This document shows, one piece after another, positions 1 through 8,480 of a stretch of 64,000 nt of DNA. How positions within the stretch are numbered: the first letter of the stretch is position 1; each line of letters begins with the position of its first letter. This DNA comes from Candidatus Entotheonellaceae bacterium. Lineage in GTDB: Bacteria > Tectomicrobia > Entotheonellia > Entotheonellales > Entotheonellaceae. The DNA is taken from NCBI GenBank assembly GCA_965238075.1, contig OZ250173.1, forward strand, positions 3,040,001-3,104,000, given 5' to 3'. The translations under genes were made by a program, and so were the position numbers. Under the pieces are notes generated by a model. The model had not been told where the DNA came from. It did no database searches and saw nothing but the letters and a program-made list of their open reading frames with translations.

Positions 1-4
1 GCCC

Positions 5-490
5 GTGGGCCGTGCGGAGCGCCACGATCTGGAAAAATGGCAGCAGGCGCTGGACGTCAACCTGACGGCGGTATTCTTGTGCTGCCAGCACGTCGGGCGT
101 CGGATGATCGAGCGCGGCCAGGGTGGGCGCATCATCAATATCTCCTCGGTGCTCGGGGAAGGGGCCAACTCGGTGCACCGGACCGTCGGTTACGCCGCTA
201 CCAAGGGCGCCGTCACCAATCTGACCCGGCAACTGGCGGTCGAATGGGCGGCCCACGGCATCACGGTAAACGCCCTGGCACCGTCCTGGTTCCCGACCGA
301 AATGATCACCGATCCCCGCCTGGGCCGGGTACACGACGAGCAGCGGACGCGCATGGAGCAATTCACGCCCCTGGGGCGCCTGGGGAGGGAGGGGGAGTTG
401 CTGGGCGCCATCATCTACCTCGCCTCGCCCTCCGCATCGTACGTGACCGGCGCCGTGCTGCACGTTGACGGCGGCTGGCGAGCCTGGTAG
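5..490 (+). CDS. SDR family NAD(P)-dependent oxidoreductase (5' end truncated by window edge)
   Basis: IINISS, YAATK (YxxxK), VNALAP and C-terminal VTGAVLHVDGG motifs of classical SDRs. Confidence 0.9.
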   Translation: MGRAERHDLEKWQQALDVNLTAVFLCCQHVGRRMIERGQGGRIINISSVLGEGANSVHRTVGYAATKGAVTNLTRQLAVEWAAHGITVNALAPSWFPTEMITDPRLGRVHDEQRTRMEQFTPLGRLGREGELLGAIIYLASPSASYVTGAVLHVDGGWRAW

Positions 491-578
491 CTGGGAAAAT
501 CGCCGCCTTAACGTCTGACTTCTGGGAGGATACGTCTGTTGTCGGGCGGTTTCGTTCGATGCGGAGCCAGATGGGGGC

Positions 579-608
579 TTGCCCTGCGGAAAATACCTGT
601 GGTAGAGT
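579..608 (+). promoter_or_regulatory. candidate sigma70 promoter for the cysH leader
   Basis: TTGCCC(579-584)-N18-TAGAGT(603-608) with extended TG at 600-601. Confidence 0.4.
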
Positions 609-651
609 ACCTAATTACCGTTCAGATTACTTCAAAAGGCAATGACTGCTC

Positions 652-774
652 ATGACGGATATTTCCACGACGAGTTACCGGTTTTCTTCCACGTCACTGT
701 GTACCCATGAGACTGGCGGCGCGTGTTGTCGCGGCACGGTTTGCTGCGTATGTCAGCCACGGGGGTGTGGATGA
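652..774 (+). CDS. Cys-rich leader peptide, 40 aa (MTDISTTSYRFSSTSLCTHETGGACCRGTVCCVCQPRGCG)
   Basis: Hand translation from ATG 652 to TGA 772-774; 7 Cys including two CC pairs; lies directly before a terminator and cysH; below the ORF-track length cutoff. Confidence 0.7.
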   Translation: MTDISTTSYRFSSTSLCTHETGGACCRGTVCCVCQPRGCG

Positions 775-797
775 AGTAAGCCGTTTTGTCCGTCGTT

Positions 798-844
798 AAA
801 ACCGCCCACTCCCTGCCGTAGGTGAGTGGGCGGTTTTTATTTTG
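798..844 (+). terminator. intrinsic terminator / attenuator hairpin upstream of cysH
   Basis: AAAACCGCCCACTC(798-811) pairs with GAGTGGGCGGTTTT(824-837), followed by TATTTT. Confidence 0.85.
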
Positions 845-895
845 TTGCCGGTTAAGTCTTGAGCCTCGGCATTGCATAGATGGAGGAGTTAAAGA

Positions 896-1681
896 ATGGG
901 TTTTAAACGGATCCGCTTTGACAAAAGTGAAGTTGATGCCATGGCCGCCAGATTCGCCGACGCCGACCCTGAGGAGGTGATCGCGTGGGCTTTGGGGGGT
1001 TTCGGTGACGCTGCGGTGGTGGTCACCGGCTTGCAGGCGGAAGGCATGATTATTTTGGACATGGCTTGCCGGCTTCGGCCTTCGGTTCGCGCCCTCACGG
1101 TGGACACGGGCCGCCTCCCTCAAGAGACCTACGCATTTATTGACCGCGTCCGCGACCACTATCCGGCGATGCGGCTGCGAACTCTCTTTCCCGACCACCG
1201 CGACATCGAAGCATTCACCCGGGAAAACGGCGTGAACCCCTTTTACAACTCGACGGACCTGAGGATGCAGTGCTGCAACCTGCGCAAGGTGCGCCCGTTA
1301 GCGCGCGGGTTGGAAAATGCCGATGCCTGGTTTGCGGGGTTGCGGCGCGACCAAAGCTCCTCGCGATCTCACATCAAGAAAGTAGAATTGGATTACACGC
1401 ACGGCGGCATTGTGAAGCTCAACCCACTTGCCGATTGGACCAAGGAAGACGTGTGGGCGTATGTCCGCGAGTATGACGTGCCTTACCACCCGTTGTACGA
1501 GCAAGGTTATCCCAGTATCGGTTGTGGGCCCTGCACGCGCGCCACGTATCCCGGCGAGGATGATCGGGCCGGGCGCTGGTGGTGGGAAATACGTGGCGTA
1601 AAGGAGTGCGGTATCCACTTCTCCCCCGTCACGGGCCGCACCGAACGGAGCAATGGCGCCTTCGTCGCAGCCATGTCGTAG
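896..1681 (+). CDS. cysH: adenosine 5'-phosphosulfate / PAPS reductase
   Basis: DTG, QCCNLRK, GLRRDQS, GYPSIGCGPCT and C-terminal KECGIH motifs; the CC plus CxxC pattern indicates the 4Fe-4S APS-reductase type; GGAGG RBS. Confidence 0.93.
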   Translation: MGFKRIRFDKSEVDAMAARFADADPEEVIAWALGGFGDAAVVVTGLQAEGMIILDMACRLRPSVRALTVDTGRLPQETYAFIDRVRDHYPAMRLRTLFPDHRDIEAFTRENGVNPFYNSTDLRMQCCNLRKVRPLARGLENADAWFAGLRRDQSSSRSHIKKVELDYTHGGIVKLNPLADWTKEDVWAYVREYDVPYHPLYEQGYPSIGCGPCTRATYPGEDDRAGRWWWEIRGVKECGIHFSPVTGRTERSNGAFVAAMS

Positions 1682-1706
1682 AACCCGGTATGCGACGGCA
1701 GCCTCG

Positions 1707-1736
1707 TTGACATCCTTAAGGCTCGGCACTTATAAT
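1707..1736 (+). promoter_or_regulatory. consensus sigma70 promoter for dksA-priA
   Basis: TTGACA(1707-1712)-N18-TATAAT(1731-1736). Confidence 0.75.
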
Positions 1737-1837
1737 GTCGCTCTTTTTTCCGTGAGAGGCGGTTATCAGAACTCGTTTTGCCGGCCTCTCCTGAACACGT
1801 TTTGCGGTGTAAGTCGTTATCAGAGGGTGGCAGCGTC

Positions 1838-2215
1838 ATGGCAGAATCATACGAAAAGATACGGACGGATTTACAACAGCGGCGTCAGGGTATCCTCTCA
1901 AAAATTTCCGACGAACAACACCTGCAGGCGATTGATGATGAGGCCACCCACGGAGATTCCCTCGATATTGCCAGCAATGCCCGCGACCGCGAAATTACGT
2001 TCATGCTGAAAAGCCGCGAGTTGGATGAGTTGCGTGCCATTGAGGATGCCCTCGAGCGCATGAATCACGACGATTACGGGATTTGCGTGAACTGCGAAGA
2101 CCCGATCGAAATCAAGCGCCTTGAAGCGATTCCGTGGACACGTTTCTGCCGCGGTTGCCAGGAAGAAATGGAAAGCCGCAAAGCCGGCGGACATCTGAAT
2201 TACGACGTGTCGTAA
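1838..2215 (+). CDS. dksA: TraR/DksA C4 zinc-finger transcription factor
   Basis: Coiled coil with DxxDxA (DSLDIA), YGICVNC...RLEAIP...CRGC zinc finger; start reassigned to ATG 1838. Confidence 0.85.
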   Translation: MAESYEKIRTDLQQRRQGILSKISDEQHLQAIDDEATHGDSLDIASNARDREITFMLKSRELDELRAIEDALERMNHDDYGICVNCEDPIEIKRLEAIPWTRFCRGCQEEMESRKAGGHLNYDVS

Positions 2216-2233
2216 CTACTCTGAGCCTCCCTC

Positions 2234-4741
2234 ATGGCAAGCGACGCCGAGCTCGCTCAATCATCCGCTTCTGATTCCACGCCCCTATCCACATCATCCC
2301 CTTGCATCGCCAAGGTCGTCGTCGAGCTTCCCCTCGAAGATCCGCTTGACTACCGCATTCCGCCAGCCTTGCAGGAGTATTGTGCGGTCGGCCAACGCGT
2401 GATGGTCCCGGTCGGGCACCGGGAACTGCTCGGCTACATCGTCGGACTTGCCTCTCACAGCGCCGTATCCGATCTCAAACCGTTGAATGAGGTGCTGGAC
2501 GAGACACCGGTGGTCTCGGCCGACCTGCTGCGGCTAACGAAGTGGGTCGCCGACTATTACCTGTGCTCGTGGGGTCAGGTCCTGAAGGCCGCCATACCCG
2601 AGGGCTTACGGGAACGCTCGGTCACCGTTTACGACCTGACGCCCGAGGCCCGGCAATCCCCCTCGGCATGGCCGGTGGGCAGGGCAGGGGAAGTGCTTCG
2701 TTGTCTGGAACGCCAAGGCGCCTCGCGCCGCCAGGACCTCGCCAAATCCGTTGGCACGGGCAACCTCGCGGGTTTGCTGCGGCGTCTGCAAGATCAAGGA
2801 CTCATCAGCCAGACTCGCCAGCGCCATGCTCCCAAGGTACGGGAACGCACGACGACCATGGTGCGCTTGCTCCCCACGGCTGACGCCGCCCGGACCCTTG
2901 TGGAGCAGATTCGACCCCGCGCCCCGAACCAGGCGAAGGTCCTGGCTTTACTGTTGGAACAGCCGGCATGCGATTTGAAGACGCTGCGGCGTCAGCTTGC
3001 GGGCGCCCCGGCTGCCGTCAAGCGCCTGCAGCAGCAGGGGCTCGTGGAGGTATACGAGGTCGAAGACCTGCGCCGGGTCGTCCCGTTGCCGCCCGACCAG
3101 CCGGCCTCGTTGCCTGTCCCGAATGACGCCCAACGGTGCGCTCTGGAACAGATCGAGGCCATCCTGGCGGCACCAGACGGGACACCGATTTTGTTGCACG
3201 GCATTACCGGCAGCGGCAAGACCGAGGTTTACATGCGCGCGATTGCCGGCGTGCTGCGCCAAGGCAAATCGGCGCTCGTCCTGGTGCCTGAAATAGCTCT
3301 GACCGACCAACTCGTGCAGCGCTTTGCGGCCCGTTTTCCTTCCCGGCTCGGTGTGCTGCACAGCGGCCTTTCCGGCGGGGAACGCTTCGACGAATGGCGT
3401 CGTCTGGCGCGCGGCGAAGCACAGATTGCCATCGGAACCCGCTCGGCAGTTTTCGCCCCGATGCAGCATCTCGGCCTTATTGTCGTTGACGAAGAGCACG
3501 ACACCTCCTACAAGCAGGAGGAAACGCCGCGCTACAACGCCCGGGACGTTGCCATTGTTCGCGCTCAGCAAAGCGGGGCGGTGGTGGTCCTGGGTAGCGC
3601 AACCCCGGCGGTGGAATCGTTTCACAATGCCCAAACGGGCAAGTACCTGCTCCTATCACTACCCCATCGTATTGACGACAAGCCTCTGCCGGCGATCACG
3701 CTGGTGGACCAGCGGGAGCACACGGCGCCGAACGAACGCATCGTGTCCGACCCGCTGCGGGAAGCCATCGCCGCCTGCCTGGAGCGCCGCGAACAATGCC
3801 TCATTCTGATTAACCGGCGCGGTTTTGCCGCCTACCTGCAATGCCGTGATTGCGGCTCGGTTCCCTACTGTGAACATTGCAGCGTGGCGCTGACGTATCA
3901 TCGCGGCACCCACAGGCTGCGGTGCCATTACTGCGGCTTCAACCAAGCGGTGCCGCCGTTCTGCGCGGGGTGCGAAAGCACGTCAATGCGGCCCCACGGC
4001 CTCGGCACCCAGCAGGTCGAATCGGTGCTGAGCGCGCTGTTTCCCGAGGCGCGCCTGGCGCGCATGGACCGTGATACCACACGCGCCAAGGCGGCGCATC
4101 AGCGCATTCTCCGTGCCCTGGGCAACGGCGACATCGACATTCTGGTTGGCACCCAGATGATTGCCAAAGGGCACGATTACCCCAACATCACCCTGGTCGG
4201 GGTGGTGTCCGCCGACGCCAGCCTCTCGATGCCCGACTTCCGGGCGCCCGAGCGCCTGTTTCAACTCCTGACCCAGGTTGCCGGGCGTGCTGGACGGGGC
4301 CAACGCCCCGGACGCGTGCTCATGCAGACTTACCGCCCGGAGCACGACAGCGTGGCTTTCGCATACGGGCATGACTTCACCGGCTTTTTTCAACTCGAGA
4401 TCGCACGGCGGCAGTCCGTTCTCTACCCGCCGTTTTCCCGCTTGGCGCGCTTGATTGTCGAGAACCCGAAGGCCGAGCAGGCGGAGGCAACCAGCCAGCG
4501 AATCGGCGAAACGCTGCAACGCCAGATTCCGCCGCGCTCTGATGTGACCATCCTGGGACCGGCCGAGGCGCCCATCGCCCGGTTGCACGACCGCTACCGC
4601 TGGCACCTCCTTGTGAAGAGCGTGTCGAGCAAGGCGTTGCACCAATGCCTCACCGCTGGATTGGCCGAGGCCCGCCGGCAAAAGGCGTTCCCGCGTTTGA
4701 CGCGCGTCAGTGTGGATATTGATCCGGTCAGTTTTCTGTGA
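2234..4741 (+). CDS. priA: primosomal protein N' (replication restart helicase)
   Basis: GITGSGKT Walker A, DEEH, four CxxC motifs, GTQMIAKG, QVAGRAGR, C-terminal DIDP. Confidence 0.97.
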   Translation: MASDAELAQSSASDSTPLSTSSPCIAKVVVELPLEDPLDYRIPPALQEYCAVGQRVMVPVGHRELLGYIVGLASHSAVSDLKPLNEVLDETPVVSADLLRLTKWVADYYLCSWGQVLKAAIPEGLRERSVTVYDLTPEARQSPSAWPVGRAGEVLRCLERQGASRRQDLAKSVGTGNLAGLLRRLQDQGLISQTRQRHAPKVRERTTTMVRLLPTADAARTLVEQIRPRAPNQAKVLALLLEQPACDLKTLRRQLAGAPAAVKRLQQQGLVEVYEVEDLRRVVPLPPDQPASLPVPNDAQRCALEQIEAILAAPDGTPILLHGITGSGKTEVYMRAIAGVLRQGKSALVLVPEIALTDQLVQRFAARFPSRLGVLHSGLSGGERFDEWRRLARGEAQIAIGTRSAVFAPMQHLGLIVVDEEHDTSYKQEETPRYNARDVAIVRAQQSGAVVVLGSATPAVESFHNAQTGKYLLLSLPHRIDDKPLPAITLVDQREHTAPNERIVSDPLREAIAACLERREQCLILINRRGFAAYLQCRDCGSVPYCEHCSVALTYHRGTHRLRCHYCGFNQAVPPFCAGCESTSMRPHGLGTQQVESVLSALFPEARLARMDRDTTRAKAAHQRILRALGNGDIDILVGTQMIAKGHDYPNITLVGVVSADASLSMPDFRAPERLFQLLTQVAGRAGRGQRPGRVLMQTYRPEHDSVAFAYGHDFTGFFQLEIARRQSVLYPPFSRLARLIVENPKAEQAEATSQRIGETLQRQIPPRSDVTILGPAEAPIARLHDRYRWHLLVKSVSSKALHQCLTAGLAEARRQKAFPRLTRVSVDIDPVSFL

Positions 4742-4807
4742 CGGAGCGGGCTGGAAAACGAGCCATGCCTGCAGGGGCGGATCCGCTCCCCACGAAAAGG
4801 GTTTTAC

Positions 4808-4841
4808 TCCCTCTCCCCTGGTGGGAGAGGGTTGGGGTGAG
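4808..4841. repeat. REP-like palindromic repeat, copy 1
   Basis: TCCCTCTCCCCTGGTGGGAGAGGGTTGGGGTGAG; 32/34 identical to the reverse complement of 7496-7529. Confidence 0.8.
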
Positions 4842-4977
4842 CGGGAGGGAGATCAGGACCATGTCCGGTAGGGGTTGTTTCTTACCCGTGGTCGAATTCC
4901 TCATCTCAAACCGCAACCATGACTTTACTGAGAGCATGTTTGTGAATAGCGGCGCTCCCAGGCGGGGGCAGGATCAT

Positions 4978-5232
4978 TCACAAACACCCCCTGAGGCAGC
5001 GATGCTTGCCGGCGTCAACGATGGCCGCGGCTACTTGGGGCGGCAGCGGGTCGCCTCGGTCGCGGTAGGACTGAATGAACGCCGCCGCTACGCTTTGCAG
5101 GCTTTCCAGTGCCTGCACGGTGGTGTCGCCCCAGGCTTGGCAGCCGGGCAGGGCGACGATCTCGGCTAGGTACTTGCCTTCGGTTTCATCCGACGGTTCC
5201 CGCAGGACGGACGGTAGTCTGTACAGGTCCAT
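4978..5232 (-). CDS. HicB-family antitoxin-like protein (no adjacent hicA)
   Basis: Y-x-A-E-x-x-x-LPGC-x-A-W-GDT-x-x-x-AL and GDPLP pattern typical of HicB; GGGAG RBS before ATG 5232. Confidence 0.75.
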   Translation of the reverse strand: MDLYRLPSVLREPSDETEGKYLAEIVALPGCQAWGDTTVQALESLQSVAAAFIQSYRDRGDPLPPQVAAAIVDAGKHRCLRGCL

Positions 5233-5348
5233 GTCGAGACTCCCCAACGCATTCTGCAAGCTTGATTCCTTCGGCAGTCTGTCGTATTTCCCCTGCTGTA
5301 TCAAGGCCGACAGCAGGCAGAGAAGCCCTTACTAGCCCTGGAGAAACC

Positions 5349-5474
5349 ATGACCATCAACACACTCCGAGCGTACTGCAATGAGAGTACGAAAGTATCTC
5401 AGAAGCAGGCCCTTGGACGGGTGGAGGACTTCGTGATGACGAAGCGTATGGCTGACGAGGGAAATCCTGAATGA
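5349..5474 (+). CDS. small hypothetical ORF (41 aa) translationally coupled to the downstream gene
   Basis: GGAGA RBS; its TGA overlaps the ATG at 5471 (ATGA). Confidence 0.3.
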   Translation: MTINTLRAYCNESTKVSQKQALGRVEDFVMTKRMADEGNPE

Positions 5475-6841
5475 GGATACGTAAAAACCGTCCTTATGGG
5501 GCGAGTTCAAAGTGGGAACGGCTGGCCGATGCGGGACCAGGGCCTATCAATGTTTATTGGGATGCTGCATTCCTCTCCCGATGCAGTGAGCGGGAAGCCT
5601 GTGCCTGGCTCGAGAACCGGCCTGTGAATTACAATTCTCTGACTGGGGTACCCGAAACGCCTCCAGAAAGCCACGTCCTCGAATATATCCTGTATCGACG
5701 GGACTCACCCCTAGTTGATCTTATACTTGCTAGGTATGGGCGGTCTCGGTCCGTGCTTGAACGAGTGTTCAGGCGTTCAACTTTATCCATAAGAGCCGTT
5801 GCCTGCGGTAACCCCTCCCTTTTCTACGGCGAAAAGGTGCGATTCACGACCTCTGCCCCTGAAATCTTTCTGCCTATTGTCACGCATGGTTCTCTCGCAG
5901 AGCTTCGCGCGATCTGTGAGAACCTACACATGTTCAGTAATTTTTATGCCTACCTTGCTGAATGTTGGGAGGGCTGGGGACATACGCAATTTAATCCTGA
6001 TACGCAGGTATCAGACGACCGCTTTAAACGCATACTGTTTTTCTTGAGTCAAAACCCCCGCATTTCAACGCCATTTGAGGAAAGTAAACAACGTGGCTTT
6101 GGTTACGAATTTCCTGTGGTACGGGAGTACGAGGAACTACAACAAAAATGTTGGGAACTTGCAAAAGTCATCCCGGTTGAACGAGAGTGGGCATACATCC
6201 TTTCTGAACTCTATCGGAATCTCTGGGACGGACATTATAACTTCGATCATATTGAGGCAGTGTTGGATCGCTGGCGTCCAGCGAATGAGAGCTTCCATGA
6301 GTTTGAAACATCCCCTTTTGAACGGATAAGGGAAGAGATCGCGGCCAAGTTTCTTACACCGAAAATCGAGATGTTGAACAGCGATGATCCTGCAATGAGA
6401 AAAGCCTTCTACCGCACATTTGATCCTGAAAGACCCTACTATGAAACAGACCGGATTGAGTGGCGTGAAATGGACTGGACCGAGTGGCTTGCACGCGATG
6501 AATACTGCCATTTGTGGCTGGAATCCAATCAAAAGATCTGGCAGTCACCCCTTGGTCGACGGAAGTTAGAAAACTTGCTCTGGCATGCCTCTCGTAGAGA
6601 TCACTCAGACTTGGACTTCTTCAGAGAACGAGAGGAAGAATATCGAAAGACAAACCCAGAGTGGTTCGAAAATGAAGAGGAACAAGAAGAATACCATGAA
6701 CCTGAACCTGATCGACTTGGGAATCTTGAGCGCGCGATCGAGAATCTGGGAGCGGCATTCGGCCAGCGACGTGCTACCGACGCGATCTGGTTCCTTGTCG
6801 CAGCGCTTATCGGATCTTTCGTTGGGGCGGCGATCTGGTAA
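5471..6841 (+). CDS. hypothetical protein (456 aa) with acidic linker and C-terminal transmembrane segment
   Basis: Long open frame in visibly more AT-rich DNA; C-terminal AIWFLVAALIGSFVGAAIW; no family recognised. Confidence 0.7.
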   Translation: MRIRKNRPYGASSKWERLADAGPGPINVYWDAAFLSRCSEREACAWLENRPVNYNSLTGVPETPPESHVLEYILYRRDSPLVDLILARYGRSRSVLERVFRRSTLSIRAVACGNPSLFYGEKVRFTTSAPEIFLPIVTHGSLAELRAICENLHMFSNFYAYLAECWEGWGHTQFNPDTQVSDDRFKRILFFLSQNPRISTPFEESKQRGFGYEFPVVREYEELQQKCWELAKVIPVEREWAYILSELYRNLWDGHYNFDHIEAVLDRWRPANESFHEFETSPFERIREEIAAKFLTPKIEMLNSDDPAMRKAFYRTFDPERPYYETDRIEWREMDWTEWLARDEYCHLWLESNQKIWQSPLGRRKLENLLWHASRRDHSDLDFFREREEEYRKTNPEWFENEEEQEEYHEPEPDRLGNLERAIENLGAAFGQRRATDAIWFLVAALIGSFVGAAIW

Positions 6842-6931
6842 TGATATCTGAATGAAAAACGGCTCTGATCTCCTCTTCTGTTGCCTATTTGGTCATCTTG
6901 TCATCCGGTCGATAAAACAAAAGGACACCGA

Positions 6932-7480
6932 ATGGCGATATTACCCATCCGCACCTACCCGGATAGCGTGTTGCGCCGCAAGGCCCAGCCGGTCGAGAGT
7001 ATTGATGACGCGCTGCAGCAACTGATCGACGACATGATCGAGACCATGTACGCGGCGCCGGGGATCGGGTTGGCCGCGCCCCAGGTTGGTGTGTCTTTGC
7101 GGGTTTTCGTCGTTGACATTACTAGCGGCCAGGACCCGAACGGGGTGATAACGGCCATCAATCCCGAACTCAACGGCCTCGAAGGCCGCCTGCAGGTTGA
7201 CGAGGGGTGCTTGAGCCTTCCCGGCATTTACGGCCCGACGCCGCGCGCCGCCGAGGTGCTGTTACGGTGCACCAACCGCGCGGGCGCAGCGGTCGAAATC
7301 CCCGCACAGGACCTCCTGGCGCGGGCGTTTCAGCACGAAACGGACCACTTGGAAGGGCGCTTTTTCTTCAACCGCATGGGACCTGTCGGCCGTGATATCG
7401 TCCTGCGGAAATTCAGGCGCGCTCAACGCCAGTCGCAGGGCAAGGACAACCAGACACTTTCGAATCAAGACGCCTTGTAA
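6932..7480 (+). CDS. def: peptide deformylase
   Basis: GIGLAAPQVG, EGCLS and QHETDHL motifs. Confidence 0.96.
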   Translation: MAILPIRTYPDSVLRRKAQPVESIDDALQQLIDDMIETMYAAPGIGLAAPQVGVSLRVFVVDITSGQDPNGVITAINPELNGLEGRLQVDEGCLSLPGIYGPTPRAAEVLLRCTNRAGAAVEIPAQDLLARAFQHETDHLEGRFFFNRMGPVGRDIVLRKFRRAQRQSQGKDNQTLSNQDAL

Positions 7481-7495
7481 TCCGGGGCTTTCCCC

Positions 7496-7529
7496 CTCAC
7501 CCCAACCCTCTCCCGCCGGGGGAGAGGGA
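7496..7529. repeat. REP-like palindromic repeat, copy 2 (inverted relative to copy 1)
   Basis: CTCACCCCAACCCTCTCCCGCCGGGGGAGAGGGA between def and fmt. Confidence 0.8.
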
Positions 7530-7541
7530 ACGGAGTCATCC

Positions 7542-8480
7542 ATGCGGGTCATTTTCATGGGCACGGCCCCTTTCGCCGAGCCGACGTTGCGCGGCCTGTT
7601 CGGCTCGTCTCACGACGTTCTGGCGGTTGTCACGCAACCGGACCGGCCGCGCGGCCGCGGCCGTAAACCGTCGCCGTCGCCGATCAAGACATTGGCCATG
7701 ACGCATGATTGTGCCGTTTTGCAGCCGGCGAGCCTGCGCCGGGACGCGGTTGTTGTTGAGCATCTGTCGTCCCTGCGTCCGGAGGCAATCGTGGTCGTGG
7801 CCTATGGCAACATTCTGCCGCTGTCGGTGTTGGAAATTCCGTTGCATGGCTGCATCAACGTCCACGCTTCCCTGCTGCCGAAATACCGCGGGGCGGCGCC
7901 GATCAACTGGGCTCTGATGCGGGGGGAAGCCGTGACCGGCTGCACGGTGATCCAGATGGACGAGCACGTGGATACGGGCGACATCTGGTGGCACGACGCC
8001 TGCGACATCACGGCGGACGATGATGCCCTGAGCCTGGGCACTCGCCTGGCGGATCTCGGCGCCGCCGGCCTCCTTGAGGTGCTTGCGGCCATCGAACAGG
8101 GGACCCTGGCGCCGCGTCCCCAACCCGAGGACGGCGTCTCGTATGCGCCAAAGCTGACCAAGGAATTGAGTCCTATCGCCTGGCAGCAACCCGCCGCGGT
8201 GGTACACAATCGCATTCGCGGCCTGGTTCCGTGGCCGGGCGCCACAACCCGTTTCGGCGACCTGGACGTCAAGCTGTGGCGCACCGCCGTCCACGACGAA
8301 CCCCATGCGGAGGCGCCGGGCACGGTGACCGCGGTGACGCCGGAGGGGTTGCTTGTCGCCTGCGGCACCGATCAGCTGTTCATCCATGAGCTTCAGCCAG
8401 CCAATCGGCGCCGTATGCCGGCATCCGACTTTGCGCAGGGCTACCGCGTTCAGCAGGGGCAATGGTTTGCCTGGAATTGA
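7542..8480 (+). CDS. fmt: methionyl-tRNA formyltransferase
   Basis: MRVIFMGT, VTQPDRPRGRG, NVHASLLPKYRGAAPI; follows def. Confidence 0.96.
   Translation: MRVIFMGTAPFAEPTLRGLFGSSHDVLAVVTQPDRPRGRGRKPSPSPIKTLAMTHDCAVLQPASLRRDAVVVEHLSSLRPEAIVVVAYGNILPLSVLEIPLHGCINVHASLLPKYRGAAPINWALMRGEAVTGCTVIQMDEHVDTGDIWWHDACDITADDDALSLGTRLADLGAAGLLEVLAAIEQGTLAPRPQPEDGVSYAPKLTKELSPIAWQQPAAVVHNRIRGLVPWPGATTRFGDLDVKLWRTAVHDEPHAEAPGTVTAVTPEGLLVACGTDQLFIHELQPANRRRMPASDFAQGYRVQQGQWFAWN

Noticed and set aside
652-774. Cys-rich peptide as a RiPP precursor (SCIFF/ranthipeptide) or metallothionein
   Set aside because: No radical SAM, transporter or peptidase gene nearby; position before a terminator and cysH fits attenuation better
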